From: a virus
Lineage: Duplodnaviria > Caudoviricetes
DNA: 45,363 bases
IMG/VR virus record: IMGVR_UViG_3300030118_005059
Coordinates: 1-45,363 of that record
Strand: one strand, 5' to 3'
The position numbers and the translations under genes were made by a program. The notes below the pieces were generated by a model. That model had not been told where the DNA came from, ran no database searches, and saw only the letters and a list, made by a program, of their open reading frames with translations. Positions 27,883 to 37,423 of this stretch are shown one piece after another (positions within the stretch are counted from its first letter, which is position 1; each line of letters opens with the position of its first letter).

Positions 27883-29901
27883 TCACTCCCTTTTTTCTAG
27901 TTTATCTTTAACTATATTTATTTGTTCTTGTAGAGAATCGAATCTAGTATTTACTCTTTCTACTAGTTCACCAACAAGTCTAACTTCTTGTGGTGTAGTA
28001 TCTCCTATTCCTGCTCCTAACTTTCCATATTTGCTTAGGTCTATAGTAACGCTCTTTTCTGCATTTTCTAGCCACTCTTCTAGTGACTGTTCATTTTCTT
28101 TATTTAGTTGGTTCATTATCCTGCTTATTTCTTTTAGTCCCTGTGCGGCAAGTTTTACCTTGTTCGCTAAAATAACTTGTTCTTTGAATATTTCTTCCTT
28201 TCCTGTGTATTCCCCTACTAAAGACTTAGACTCTCTAATGAGTGGTCTGTATTTATCAACTGTTTTTAATTCATTTTCTATTTTAGTCAGCCTTCTTTTT
28301 TCTGTTTCTAATTGAGATTCTATCTCTCTTCGAATATCCTCTTTGGCTTCTTCTAATATCTCCGGCTGTGCGGATTTAAGATTGTCTATCATTTCTTTTA
28401 TTTGTTGTTGAGTCAATCTTCTAGGAGTATCTCCTATCTTAACTCTAACACTTTCTTTAGCCTCTTCAACTAACTGTCGTCTTGAATCTGATTTTTTCAA
28501 TCTTCTTCTCTTAGCATCTCTCTTGTATCTTTCTAATCTAGCAGTTTCTTTTCTTCTTTCGATTTCATTATCTGCTAAGGTTCTTGCTTGTTGTAATTTA
28601 GTCTTAGCCTTATTTTCAATTGCTTGATTTATATCTTCTAATCTATCTTCAAGTCTCTTTTTTTCTCGATTGTATATTTTCTCGCTAAAAGCACCGCCTT
28701 CTTCATCATCACTATAATAAAGATTTATTCTTTCTATATTTTCATTATATTTTTCTGTTAATTTGTCAAGTTCTGTTTTACCCTCTTTATCTTTTTTGGT
28801 GTCATCAACATTTTTCTTATTTCGTTCATAAGCGACTTTAAGTTCTTTTAAGTTTTTTTCCTTTTTCTTTTCACCGTCAGCCTTAAACTGATTATATGTC
28901 AGAGATAACTCTTGCTCTATTTCTTGCTTTATTTTATCTAAAGATTGTTCAGTTTCCGGTAGTCCTTCAGACGGCTTGAATGACCTGCTTGTATCATCCG
29001 GAATATCAGCCAATCTTTCAGTTACATATTCGGCTACCTTTCTTTGAACGGTAGAGTATGCCAATGTTAATGCTTTTAATCTTCTATCAATTAGTATTTC
29101 CAAATCTTCATCTTTGAGGGTTTCCAAATCATCAATTTGCTTACCTAAGAGTTCCCTTGCCTCCTGTAGTTCACTAAAACGAAATAGAGTTCTATTTATT
29201 GATTTTAGCATATCTTGTAAAATTTCTCTTTGTCTAACTATTCCTGTAGTCGGGTCGCCTATGATAACAGAACTAATTAATCGGTTAAGTTGTTGTTTAG
29301 TTCTAGGTTTGTCTATTAAAGAAGGAGGGACTTGGCCATTAAATCGTCTCATGTAAAGTCCTTGTAAAAAATCTAGAAGGTCAGTATCTGCACCCAGTTC
29401 AGTATATTCTCTTTGTAGTTTTTTAACATCTACTAATTCTTCACCTATCCTAAATTTACCATCTATGATAAATTCTTCATATGGTTGTTCTTGTAAAAGA
29501 TTTCTTCTTCTTTGTAAAGACACCATAGTATCAAGTATTATATTTATATCACTTTTACTTATTTTCTTGAATGTATTTCTAGATATGGAATTATACATCC
29601 CATCTTCTACACTTCCGCTTTCTTTTATGGTTTTTATGTCTTGGAGATAATTGTTTAGAACTCGGATAAATCTAGCGGGCTTTCTTCTTCTCTTCTTAGC
29701 CATATCACTTTCTAGTTCTTCAGCCGCTTCCTCTATCTCGGTCTGCTTGCTTCTATCCTGTAGAGGGTCAAGTCCTTCGCTAAAATCCTCATCTATCTTT
29801 TTATCTTCTTCTAAATCCCTTTCTATCTCATCGGGTATAAAATCTTCATCTTCCTCTTTATCTTTATCTTCCTCATCTTCTTGTTTGAAAAATAAAGTCA
29901 T
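27883..29901 (-). CDS. Long coiled-coil protein with acidic N-terminus, 672 aa
   Basis: Very E/K/R-rich heptad character. AGGTGA SD. Lies between portal and protease. Confidence 0.6.
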   Translation of the reverse strand: MTLFFKQEDEEDKDKEEDEDFIPDEIERDLEEDKKIDEDFSEGLDPLQDRSKQTEIEEAAEELESDMAKKRRRKPARFIRVLNNYLQDIKTIKESGSVEDGMYNSISRNTFKKISKSDINIILDTMVSLQRRRNLLQEQPYEEFIIDGKFRIGEELVDVKKLQREYTELGADTDLLDFLQGLYMRRFNGQVPPSLIDKPRTKQQLNRLISSVIIGDPTTGIVRQREILQDMLKSINRTLFRFSELQEARELLGKQIDDLETLKDEDLEILIDRRLKALTLAYSTVQRKVAEYVTERLADIPDDTSRSFKPSEGLPETEQSLDKIKQEIEQELSLTYNQFKADGEKKKEKNLKELKVAYERNKKNVDDTKKDKEGKTELDKLTEKYNENIERINLYYSDDEEGGAFSEKIYNREKKRLEDRLEDINQAIENKAKTKLQQARTLADNEIERRKETARLERYKRDAKRRRLKKSDSRRQLVEEAKESVRVKIGDTPRRLTQQQIKEMIDNLKSAQPEILEEAKEDIRREIESQLETEKRRLTKIENELKTVDKYRPLIRESKSLVGEYTGKEEIFKEQVILANKVKLAAQGLKEISRIMNQLNKENEQSLEEWLENAEKSVTIDLSKYGKLGAGIGDTTPQEVRLVGELVERVNTRFDSLQEQINIVKDKLEKRE

Positions 29902-29910
29902 CTAATCACC

Positions 29911-30135
29911 TTAGAATGGAATATTCTCTTTCTTTCCTCTTTGTTTAGGAGGTAAGGTAATAACATCAGGAATATCTGTGCTACTAGGTCTAGGTTTTGG
30001 AGTAGTATCTCTTGGAAGTCCTACACTAAAATCTCTATTCTTAGTAGTCTTTCTACTTTCGTTATTGTTAGCGGCTCTTATTTGTGCCAACTCCTTTCTC
30101 AATCTTATTTCTTTTTGTTTATTATCTTCGGTCAT
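29911..30135 (-). CDS. Hypothetical basic protein, 74 aa
   Basis: ATGA overlap with the portal stop. GAGGAG SD. Confidence 0.55.
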   Translation of the reverse strand: MTEDNKQKEIRLRKELAQIRAANNNESRKTTKNRDFSVGLPRDTTPKPRPSSTDIPDVITLPPKQRGKKENIPF

Positions 30136-31766
30136 GGTATTCTCCTCTCACTTCTTCTATCCACATTTTGATTACCTGCATCTTCGGGTAGTCCCGTTAG
30201 TCGCTTATCCGGCCCTACACTCATAGAAGGTTTATTTCTTGTGGTTGCTGGATTTTCTTGTTTCTTTGAACCTTGTAGTTGTTGCTCTTGCAGTTGCCCC
30301 AATTGACTTGCATCAATGTTAGTTCCCGCATAAGGGTCTAATTCGACTTTATCTTCAGAAGAACCTTCTTGTGGAGGTGCTTCAACAGGTTCAGGCTTTT
30401 TGAAAGTAAAGTTTCCATCTTCATCCATTTCAACTTCAAATCCTAAATTCTTAGTAGAGGCCGCAATATTGACTTCAATTTCTCTTTTTCTTAATACTGC
30501 TATTTCATCTTCCTCTTCGCTTGGTGGTAGTTTTAAATTCCAATCAGTAATCCCAAATTGCTTAATTAGGAATGGGAATACATAATTGTTGTAGACATTC
30601 TGTGCCATTTGAACTGCTCTATTAGTTACAAGTATCTGCATACCTTCATTATTTAATCCACCGCTAGTAGTGTTGTCTGCCATAAATACTTTACTAACTC
30701 CAAAGAAGGCAGAAATCCTATCTCTTAAATCATCCTTAACAGAAACATATTCCATTTCTTTTAGACTATCCATAAATTTAATCCATTCTACAGAACCCTT
30801 ACCTTCTGCTTCTATTCCCATAATAGGAATAAAGTGTGGGTCTTGCTCCATCTTTTCTTTTACTGCTTTCCAAAAAGATTGCATAGAATCCATATTTCTA
30901 GTTTGAACTGCTAATAATCCTCTAGGCATACGACTCTTAGTATAGGAAGAATTGACATAATTTTCCATAGCAATAAGTGTCATTATATTATTAAATAAAG
31001 TAACAATAGGAGACTGGCCGTATAATCTAGAAGGACTGTATTTACTAAAGTGTAGCACTTCACCTTTCAAGAAATACTGTTCTTCACCCGTTGCTCTATT
31101 AACATAATGAACTGGGAAGGTATTAGCCCCGCATTCTTCACAAGGAACATGAGCATCCGTAGAAAAGAAAGTTCTGTGATTAACGCAAGTAAAGGCAGTA
31201 TTGCCTCTTTCTCCGTATTCATCTGTATAAATATACATAGTAGCGGGGTCGCCTCTATATACTTCTTTTATACGGTGCATTCTTATTTTACCATTACCAT
31301 CCAAAAAGTATTCTTTAACTAATACAATGTAGGCATCATCCATAACATTGAGGTCATCCTCTAATTGTTTTAGCACATCAATAAATAACTGTTCGGATTT
31401 ATTTACATATCCTTCGATGAATTTTTCAGCGTATTTTAATTGGTCTACATTCGGTGTTTTTAATTTACTACTACCGCATCTAGAACATTCCGAAACAGGC
31501 CTTTGGTGTTTTTTTCCACAATCTAAACACAACGCTTCATATGCCTTTTCCCAAACATATCCTCTTCTAAATATCTCTTGCTTTAGTTGAGTAATGCAAG
31601 TTCTTACAATTACTGACTGATTTACTATGTGGTAAATTAACGGAGCAGTCATATGATATGTGTTTGGTCTTTCCTGTATTCCTATGTTGTATATTTCTCT
31701 ATCAGCAGGTTTAGGAGTAGTTCTTCTAAATAGATTTCTAATGGAAAATCTCTTTTGTTCGACCAT
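30132..31766 (-). CDS. Portal protein with Zn-ribbon insertions, 544 aa
   Basis: Portal motifs (VRTCITQL, DDLNVMDDAYIVLVK, EVLHF...LYGQSPI, PRGLL, RDRISAFFGVSKVFM). Two CxxC/CxxH...CxxC pairs. Confidence 0.88.
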   Translation of the reverse strand: MVEQKRFSIRNLFRRTTPKPADREIYNIGIQERPNTYHMTAPLIYHIVNQSVIVRTCITQLKQEIFRRGYVWEKAYEALCLDCGKKHQRPVSECSRCGSSKLKTPNVDQLKYAEKFIEGYVNKSEQLFIDVLKQLEDDLNVMDDAYIVLVKEYFLDGNGKIRMHRIKEVYRGDPATMYIYTDEYGERGNTAFTCVNHRTFFSTDAHVPCEECGANTFPVHYVNRATGEEQYFLKGEVLHFSKYSPSRLYGQSPIVTLFNNIMTLIAMENYVNSSYTKSRMPRGLLAVQTRNMDSMQSFWKAVKEKMEQDPHFIPIMGIEAEGKGSVEWIKFMDSLKEMEYVSVKDDLRDRISAFFGVSKVFMADNTTSGGLNNEGMQILVTNRAVQMAQNVYNNYVFPFLIKQFGITDWNLKLPPSEEEDEIAVLRKREIEVNIAASTKNLGFEVEMDEDGNFTFKKPEPVEAPPQEGSSEDKVELDPYAGTNIDASQLGQLQEQQLQGSKKQENPATTRNKPSMSVGPDKRLTGLPEDAGNQNVDRRSERRIP

Positions 31767-31818
31767 ATTACTTACCCCTAACCTTTCTCAATCTACTACC
31801 CATTATAGTATCTTTGGC

Positions 31819-32175
31819 TCAACTACCCTTTCGCCACTTCTTGTTTTTCTTTTCTTTAGTTTTACTCGGACTCCATTTTACTTTATCAGCCCAATAAGCC
31901 GCAGACATTTTACCTCTCTTGATATTTTTTCTATGTCTGCTTTTGAAAGCCCTTCGTTGCCCTGCTGTTTGATTTGTCTTGACTCCCTTTTGTCCGAACT
32001 TAATGTATTTTCCTTTTTTATTTTCAAAGGCCATGACATGATGCGATTTACCCGAATTGTCATTTAATCTTTGAGGTTTATTAAGACCCTTTAGACCCTT
32101 TTTCTTGGCTCTTTCTAATGCCTTTGACCTAGCACTTTTTGGTTTTTTCTTTAGGATATCCATCCAATTACTCAT
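31819..32175 (-). CDS. Highly basic protein; likely start ATG 32175 (MSNWMDILKK)
   Basis: GGTGA SD at 32181-32185. Motif IKFGQKG...RRAFKSRH...MSAAYWA resembles small basic phage proteins. Confidence 0.65.
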   Translation of the reverse strand: MSNWMDILKKKPKSARSKALERAKKKGLKGLNKPQRLNDNSGKSHHVMAFENKKGKYIKFGQKGVKTNQTAGQRRAFKSRHRKNIKRGKMSAAYWADKVKWSPSKTKEKKNKKWRKGS

Positions 32176-32740
32176 ACGCATCACCTATTAGATATCCTAT
32201 TTTCCTTCCTGCTTCTATATCGCTAGGGTAATGACTACCCATTTGTATTCTAGATAATGATATTCTATCAGCCATTTGTTTTAATTCTTTCTTCTTATTT
32301 GGGTATTTTTTACTTAATACTCTTTCTAATCCATGAGCCGCCATAGAGTGACCACTAGGAAAGGCAGGGCTATCATCAGTAGTAGTCGTTGTTGGTTTTA
32401 TTTTATCACTAATTTCATGTGGTCTAGGCCTTTGGTATTTCATTTTTAGTGACATGGCGTAGTAATTTATATCATCAATTAAATCTTCATAGTCTGCTCT
32501 ATTAGCACCTACAATACCAAACATCTCTACATCCGGCTTTAAATCAGCGTCTTTCATTTCTTTAGCATCCAATTTTTTTTCCTTCATTATTTTAATAATA
32601 GCAGGTATTTCTGTTTCTTCTTTTGGATAACTCAATTTAGGAATGTCTATCTTTATCGTTGGATTTTTCTCAAGCATTTCTTTTTTGTTGCTAGAAAGTG
32701 TGCCTTGCCACTTCCTTTTGAGAATATCCATCCAACTCAT
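32168..32740 (-). CDS. PAP2-superfamily (acid phosphatase/haloperoxidase-type) phosphatase, soluble, 190 aa
   Basis: The three PAP2 motifs: KMKYQRPRP, FPSGH, SRIQMGSHYPSD. Confidence 0.85.
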   Translation of the reverse strand: MSWMDILKRKWQGTLSSNKKEMLEKNPTIKIDIPKLSYPKEETEIPAIIKIMKEKKLDAKEMKDADLKPDVEMFGIVGANRADYEDLIDDINYYAMSLKMKYQRPRPHEISDKIKPTTTTTDDSPAFPSGHSMAAHGLERVLSKKYPNKKKELKQMADRISLSRIQMGSHYPSDIEAGRKIGYLIGDAYE

Positions 32741-33192
32741 GATTTCATCCTCGCTGTTTTTCTTTTACTTGATTCTCTTCTTGCTAAAGCAACTTTATGT
32801 GCCGCATTCAATCTCTTTTTTGTTTTTGGGTTTTTTGCGTTTTTTGCGGCAAACCTCGCTCTTTGCTCTACTAAATTAATTATTTGCGATTGTCTTTTGT
32901 GGGGTTTATCTTTGAATGCAGAACTTGAGAAGGTTTCTCTTACATCTTGTGCTGTTCTAAATTTAACAGGAACAGTATCTTTTGGGTTTTCATCCACAAA
33001 CAACCTCCTTTTACTGCCTTTTGGTTTTTTACCTGTTCCTTTTTTTGGGTCTTTCTTAAGAATATCTTTCCAACTCTTTTTTACATAACCGCTAGCATAA
33101 GCCGCTTGAGCGACTTGAACCGCTTTCTTTCTTGTTTTAAATGGCCCTCTAGAACCCCAATAATAGCCATCCTTCTTTTTAGTGATAGGCAT
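32737..33192 (-). CDS. Highly basic protein; likely start ATG 33192 (MPITKKKDG)
   Basis: K/R-rich. Internal SWKDILKK separates two apparent modules. Confidence 0.6.
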   Translation of the reverse strand: MPITKKKDGYYWGSRGPFKTRKKAVQVAQAAYASGYVKKSWKDILKKDPKKGTGKKPKGSKRRLFVDENPKDTVPVKFRTAQDVRETFSSSAFKDKPHKRQSQIINLVEQRARFAAKNAKNPKTKKRLNAAHKVALARRESSKRKTARMKS

Positions 33193-33197
33193 AATAA

Positions 33198-33470
33198 TCA
33201 CTTTTGGCTAAACTTCTTTCCTGTTGGTGCTGTTGTTTTACCTGTCTTTACGCTTTTTCTTTTCTTTCTATCTTGGTAATCTAATGTTCCTTTTGAGGTT
33301 CTTTTGTAAGTTGCTCTCGGCATATAACGCCCTCTTGTTTTTTCTTTCTTTGGTGTTTTGCCTTTTTCTTTGGCTCTATGTTCTGTTTGAGTTCCCCAAT
33401 CTTCTCTAGTCCATTGAGTTAAATCTCGTTGAGCCTTTGTTTTGGCTTTAAGAACACTACGCCACTTCAT
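33198..33470 (-). CDS. Basic protein, DUF5872-like C-terminal half, 90 aa
   Basis: AQRDLTQWTREDWGT...GRYMP resembles the second half of DUF5872-type proteins (recognised from memory). Confidence 0.5.
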   Translation of the reverse strand: MKWRSVLKAKTKAQRDLTQWTREDWGTQTEHRAKEKGKTPKKEKTRGRYMPRATYKRTSKGTLDYQDRKKRKSVKTGKTTAPTGKKFSQK

Positions 33471-33706
33471 CTGTATCTTCCACCACGCTTCTTATATTCT
33501 CTTGCCGCCCATTGAGCCTTTCTTCCCGACCAAGCACCTTTAGCGTTTCCGCCTTTTCCGTCTCCGAACACTTTATTTTTAGCCGCTTGAACAACCCTTG
33601 CTCTTAATTTAGGATTCGCATATGGTGATTTAGCCTTCTTTCTTTTCTTACGGGCTTTCTTACCTCTTCTACCGGATTTTCTTTTCAATATTTCTTGCCA
33701 AGTCAT
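33467..33706 (-). CDS. Basic protein, DUF5872-like N-terminal half, 79 aa
   Basis: YANPKLRAR...KGG...GAWSGRKAQ...YKKRGGRY. AGGTGA SD. Confidence 0.55.
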   Translation of the reverse strand: MTWQEILKRKSGRRGKKARKKRKKAKSPYANPKLRARVVQAAKNKVFGDGKGGNAKGAWSGRKAQWAAREYKKRGGRYR

Positions 33707-33722
33707 TTTTTATCACCTTTAA

Positions 33723-34490
33723 TTATATCTTGCCTCTTTGTCTTAACAGTTGTATTGCTTGTTTATATGCCTCATCTGCTCTATAATCCCAGTTTTGATT
33801 GATATTTATTCCCATCTCTTCCGCAACATCTTCCTTCAATGGAATTTCTTTATTCATATTAACTAGCATGTTTACGGTTTCTTTAAGCATATTGAGGTCA
33901 ATTTTTCTTTCATCTGTTTTTTGCCCCACACTACCTGCTAATTTAACTGCACCCTCGATGGGTTCTAAACCCTGTAATCTCATAGTTTCCATAAATAGTT
34001 TTAGTGTTTCGGGGTGAGTTAAATCAATACCGTATTTACTATCAGCATAATCCGTTAAGAGCATAGGGTCATTGAATGTTTCTAATTTTATATCAACAGA
34101 CTTATATGTATTTAATCTTCTAGATAAGTTATTTTCTTTGTCAATTAATTTTCTAAGTTGCCGTTCTAATTTTCTATTTCTTTTAGCGTTATATTTAATA
34201 TCTGTATCGGAGTAACTGTAATTATCATGATAATAATTTTCTTTTTTAGAATTTTCATAATCTTCTTTAGTTTGGAAGATTACAATTTTATTATAGTATA
34301 AATCTATTTCTCCTAAATTATTTTGCTTAACATTGTCTTTTATTTCTTTAATTTGTTTTTTTACTTTTTTTAACTCGTTTGAAGTTTTTGTGACCATGCC
34401 TCTAAAGTTCTGCACAAAAAAAGGTTTAATCTCTTCTACAAGAGTTCTGACCCTACCGAACCTACTTTTCAGTATATCTTGCCATCTCAT
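33723..34490 (-). CDS. Hypothetical protein, 255 aa
   Basis: AGGTGA SD. Begins MRWQDILKS. Possible C-terminal HTH (KEDVAEEMGI). Confidence 0.6.
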   Translation of the reverse strand: MRWQDILKSRFGRVRTLVEEIKPFFVQNFRGMVTKTSNELKKVKKQIKEIKDNVKQNNLGEIDLYYNKIVIFQTKEDYENSKKENYYHDNYSYSDTDIKYNAKRNRKLERQLRKLIDKENNLSRRLNTYKSVDIKLETFNDPMLLTDYADSKYGIDLTHPETLKLFMETMRLQGLEPIEGAVKLAGSVGQKTDERKIDLNMLKETVNMLVNMNKEIPLKEDVAEEMGININQNWDYRADEAYKQAIQLLRQRGKI

Positions 34491-34633
34491 TTTTTCATCA
34501 CCTTTGGCTTATCTGCTTGTTCCCAACATCTTCTACAAAAACCAAATGGGTGAACATCTCTTGTCATATAACATCTACCGCAGTATTTGAAATCAAGTTT
34601 CTGCTTCTTAATTACCCACTCTTTAGTATTCAA
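34487..34633 (-). CDS. Small Zn-finger protein, 48 aa (not in ORF track)
   Basis: GGAGG SD, TTG start overlapping the upstream TGA, and stop overlapping the downstream ATG: MNTKEWVIKKQKLDFKYCGRCYMTRDVHPFGFCRRCWEQADKPKVMKK. Confidence 0.7.
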   Translation of the reverse strand: MNTKEWVIKKQKLDFKYCGRCYMTRDVHPFGFCRRCWEQADKPKVMKK

Positions 34634-35988
34634 GCCAGTATTCCTCCTACATTTTCTAATTCATCCATTACTGACATTTTACAATTGTCTTTGTATTTCT
34701 GTATATCATCCAAGTATATTCCTTCCTTTAACCAATCAAAGCCTACATGGTCTTTGTGGTTCTCCCACTTCATTAGTTTGAAAATTTCATCACAACGGCT
34801 CTTATACCAATCAGCCTTCTTGTAAGATTTTTTCATTCGGATTAACTCTAACAAAAGTTCTGCATTACCTTTCTTTAATCTAAAGTGAGGCAGACATTTG
34901 GTTAGAAGTTCGCTAACATCTGCTTGAGAATAAAAATTCAAACGATTGATTAATCTAGTATCTTGTGGTGATTTTTGGTCTAAGTGCATACGACCAAATC
35001 CTATTGACTTGTGCATTTCTTTCATGAATACCTTTCCTCTTTCGCCAGTAGCAACTAGCCCAACTCTAGGATTCATATTTCTATCTAAGGTGATATAACC
35101 ATCCGAGTCAATAAATGCGGCAGTATAAGCCCAAATATTCTTTTTGATAAGAGATGGGACTTTGTAGTAAGAACCATTATGAGAAGCAACATCTAATTTT
35201 TTTATAGACTTAGAAATAATATTTGGATTAGTCAAATTAAACATATCAACAGGCATCTTCTCATGTATTCCTTTAGCAGTAATTCCTTGATGCTTTGTTA
35301 TAGTATTTTCAATAAATTCTAGTTGTCTTTCTTTCTTACTTTTGTTTAGAGTTTGAATTTTTACTGTCTTCAAACACTCTCTAAAATCTTTCTTCGCTTG
35401 GGACATTTCTTTAGATAATACGCTATACTCTTTACAATAAGCCATGTCCTTTCTATCTATTTCAGCCTCCCAGTATTTACATAATGAGTCTACAACCTTT
35501 CTTCTAGTTTCTATATCTTTCATTTTATGTAATTTAGATAAATCTTTTTCTGTAAATCTCATCTGCTTGAATGGTGTTTTGTAAGGAGAAAGCCAAAAGA
35601 TACTGTCGATTGACTTCTCTAAATGTTCACTATATCCTTCTATTACAACATCAATAGCCTTAGACATATTTTCTCTTAGAGTTCCCTTTAGTTCTCTTCT
35701 ATTATTTCTCATTTTTTTAACTAGTTCGGGAATGGATTGGTCATGAATAATATACTCTTTAGGAAATATATCTAGCATTTTTTTTGCTTCACTTGCATTA
35801 ACGGAATAGGTTTTAGAAATTAACTTTAATTCATCTACCTCTGACATAACATAATCTTTTACTAATAATTTCTTGACTTCTATACTTTCGGGTAAGTTAT
35901 CTAGTATTTCTCCTTCTTGTCTTGCTAACTCTTTGATTCTTCTAAACTGTTCTTCTGCTTCTCCTGCTTCTTCTACAGTTAGACTCAT
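34630..35988 (-). CDS. Protein with C-terminal LAGLIDADG endonuclease-like domain, 452 aa
   Basis: WAYTAAFIDSDGYI LAGLIDADG helix, then IGFGR and LLTKCLPHFRLKK. Preceded by a winged-HTH-like segment and a long helical N-terminus. Confidence 0.75.
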   Translation of the reverse strand: MSLTVEEAGEAEEQFRRIKELARQEGEILDNLPESIEVKKLLVKDYVMSEVDELKLISKTYSVNASEAKKMLDIFPKEYIIHDQSIPELVKKMRNNRRELKGTLRENMSKAIDVVIEGYSEHLEKSIDSIFWLSPYKTPFKQMRFTEKDLSKLHKMKDIETRRKVVDSLCKYWEAEIDRKDMAYCKEYSVLSKEMSQAKKDFRECLKTVKIQTLNKSKKERQLEFIENTITKHQGITAKGIHEKMPVDMFNLTNPNIISKSIKKLDVASHNGSYYKVPSLIKKNIWAYTAAFIDSDGYITLDRNMNPRVGLVATGERGKVFMKEMHKSIGFGRMHLDQKSPQDTRLINRLNFYSQADVSELLTKCLPHFRLKKGNAELLLELIRMKKSYKKADWYKSRCDEIFKLMKWENHKDHVGFDWLKEGIYLDDIQKYKDNCKMSVMDELENVGGILA

Positions 35989-35997
35989 ATAAACACC

Positions 35998-37422
35998 TCA
36001 AAAATTTAACCCCAATAACCCTGTATTATTCCGTGTTGGCTTAGGGTCATCGAATAGCCCCATGTTGTCTAAGAGTATGAATTTATCTGAAATTTGGTAA
36101 GTGGCGGCATTTGCTAAAGCCAAACTCATAACCATATCATCATGTGCGCCAACCCCTTCAAACTTACCTCTTTCAGTAATAGCAAACATAGACAACTCTT
36201 CTATTAATGTAGAAGTAACTCTACGACTTTCTTCGTTACCATAAGGAAAGTTCATTTTTTTATTTTCCAGACTCATTTGTAGATTGAGAATTATCTCCTG
36301 TTTCTTTTTTCTAGTAGTATTAAAATCATATAAGTTTAAATCAGCAACCTGCCGTAACTCTTGGGTAAATGATTTAGCAAAAGTGTTCGTCTCAAATAAA
36401 ATTACCTCCGGCCTAAATACTTGGTTAATTAGTTTCACTTTCTGTATATTTTCTCTAAACTCTACATTTTTTGCCCTATCTACATAGACGATTGATTTGT
36501 TTTCATCTTCATCCATTTCTATTACTGTGATTACATTGTAGTCCCCATCGGTAGAGATAGCAGGGTCAATTCCAACAAAATATTTGTAGCCTTCTCTCTT
36601 CATAGGTTTCAAAACTAAACTATTACTTTTAGCCGCCTCTAAATATTCAGGATTAAACAAAGAAGTTCCAGTAGATATTGGAACACACATATATTCTCTT
36701 GTGAACATTAATGTTCCAACTTCTGCCTTTCTAGCCATAAGTGAATCATAGTCCCACCTGTTAGGCCATAGTGGTTCATTAAGAGCGTTAAGACATGGAT
36801 ATGTTCTAAGAGTATATGCGGGGTTTTCAGAAAGTTGTGCATAAATATCTGTATAACTAAATGGAGTTCCAATAACTCTTAGTGATGCTGAATGATGAAG
36901 CGTTGGTATCATGTCACCATAAAACCAATCTGTAACTTTTTGAATACCACTTATACTAAATTCTTTCAAAGGGTCGTCAATAATAATCTCTTGAGGGTGA
37001 AGTCCACGAATTTGTGAACCAACAGAACGCTCTAAAATTTGATTACCATTAGTTAATGTAATATTTCCTATCGCCCAACCTCTAGGGGGTTTAAATTTTT
37101 TGAGGAGAGGATTGTTAAATAGTTTATCTATGTCTCTCATGTGAACCATAGTCTGTTTTTGGTTAGATGAAATGTATAGCATTTGATATGGTGGTTCTTG
37201 AAATACTAAATTCCATACTACCCAAGCGTGCATAAATACTGATTTACCGTGACCTCTTGAACAAATGATAACTGTTCTTTGAGTATCATTCATAAGTTCT
37301 AACCATTCTTCTTGGTGTTTAGCAAACTCCCAACCTAATACATTTTGAAAGAAGTATGGAAATGAGTTTTTAGATAACTCCATATCCATTTGGTGTTCAA
37401 AGTTTAACGCCTCTATATCCAA
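35998..37422 (-). CDS. terL: Terminase large subunit, 474 aa (TTG start)
   Basis: Q motif KHQEEW, Walker A SRGHGKS, Walker B IIIDD, coupling motif IGTP, RNase H-like nuclease GIDPA...GDY and HDDMVMS. Confidence 0.92.
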   Translation of the reverse strand: MDIEALNFEHQMDMELSKNSFPYFFQNVLGWEFAKHQEEWLELMNDTQRTVIICSRGHGKSVFMHAWVVWNLVFQEPPYQMLYISSNQKQTMVHMRDIDKLFNNPLLKKFKPPRGWAIGNITLTNGNQILERSVGSQIRGLHPQEIIIDDPLKEFSISGIQKVTDWFYGDMIPTLHHSASLRVIGTPFSYTDIYAQLSENPAYTLRTYPCLNALNEPLWPNRWDYDSLMARKAEVGTLMFTREYMCVPISTGTSLFNPEYLEAAKSNSLVLKPMKREGYKYFVGIDPAISTDGDYNVITVIEMDEDENKSIVYVDRAKNVEFRENIQKVKLINQVFRPEVILFETNTFAKSFTQELRQVADLNLYDFNTTRKKKQEIILNLQMSLENKKMNFPYGNEESRRVTSTLIEELSMFAITERGKFEGVGAHDDMVMSLALANAATYQISDKFILLDNMGLFDDPKPTRNNTGLLGLNF

Positions 37423-37423
37423 A

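Noticed and set aside
31768-31803. Tiny ORF MGSRLRKVRGK upstream of the portal
   Set aside because: It is only 11 codons and is most simply the spacer containing the portal SD.
2581-32063. Short same-strand out-of-frame ORFs (2581-2769, 8867-9097, 22607-22801, 31878-32063)
   Set aside because: They are fully nested in well-supported genes, with no motif or translational signal that I could support.
34630-37422. Intein or group I intron associated with terL and the LAGLIDADG ORF
   Set aside because: TerL is continuous, of normal length and has all motifs. There are no intein C/S...HN termini, and the LAGLIDADG ORF has its own SD and start.
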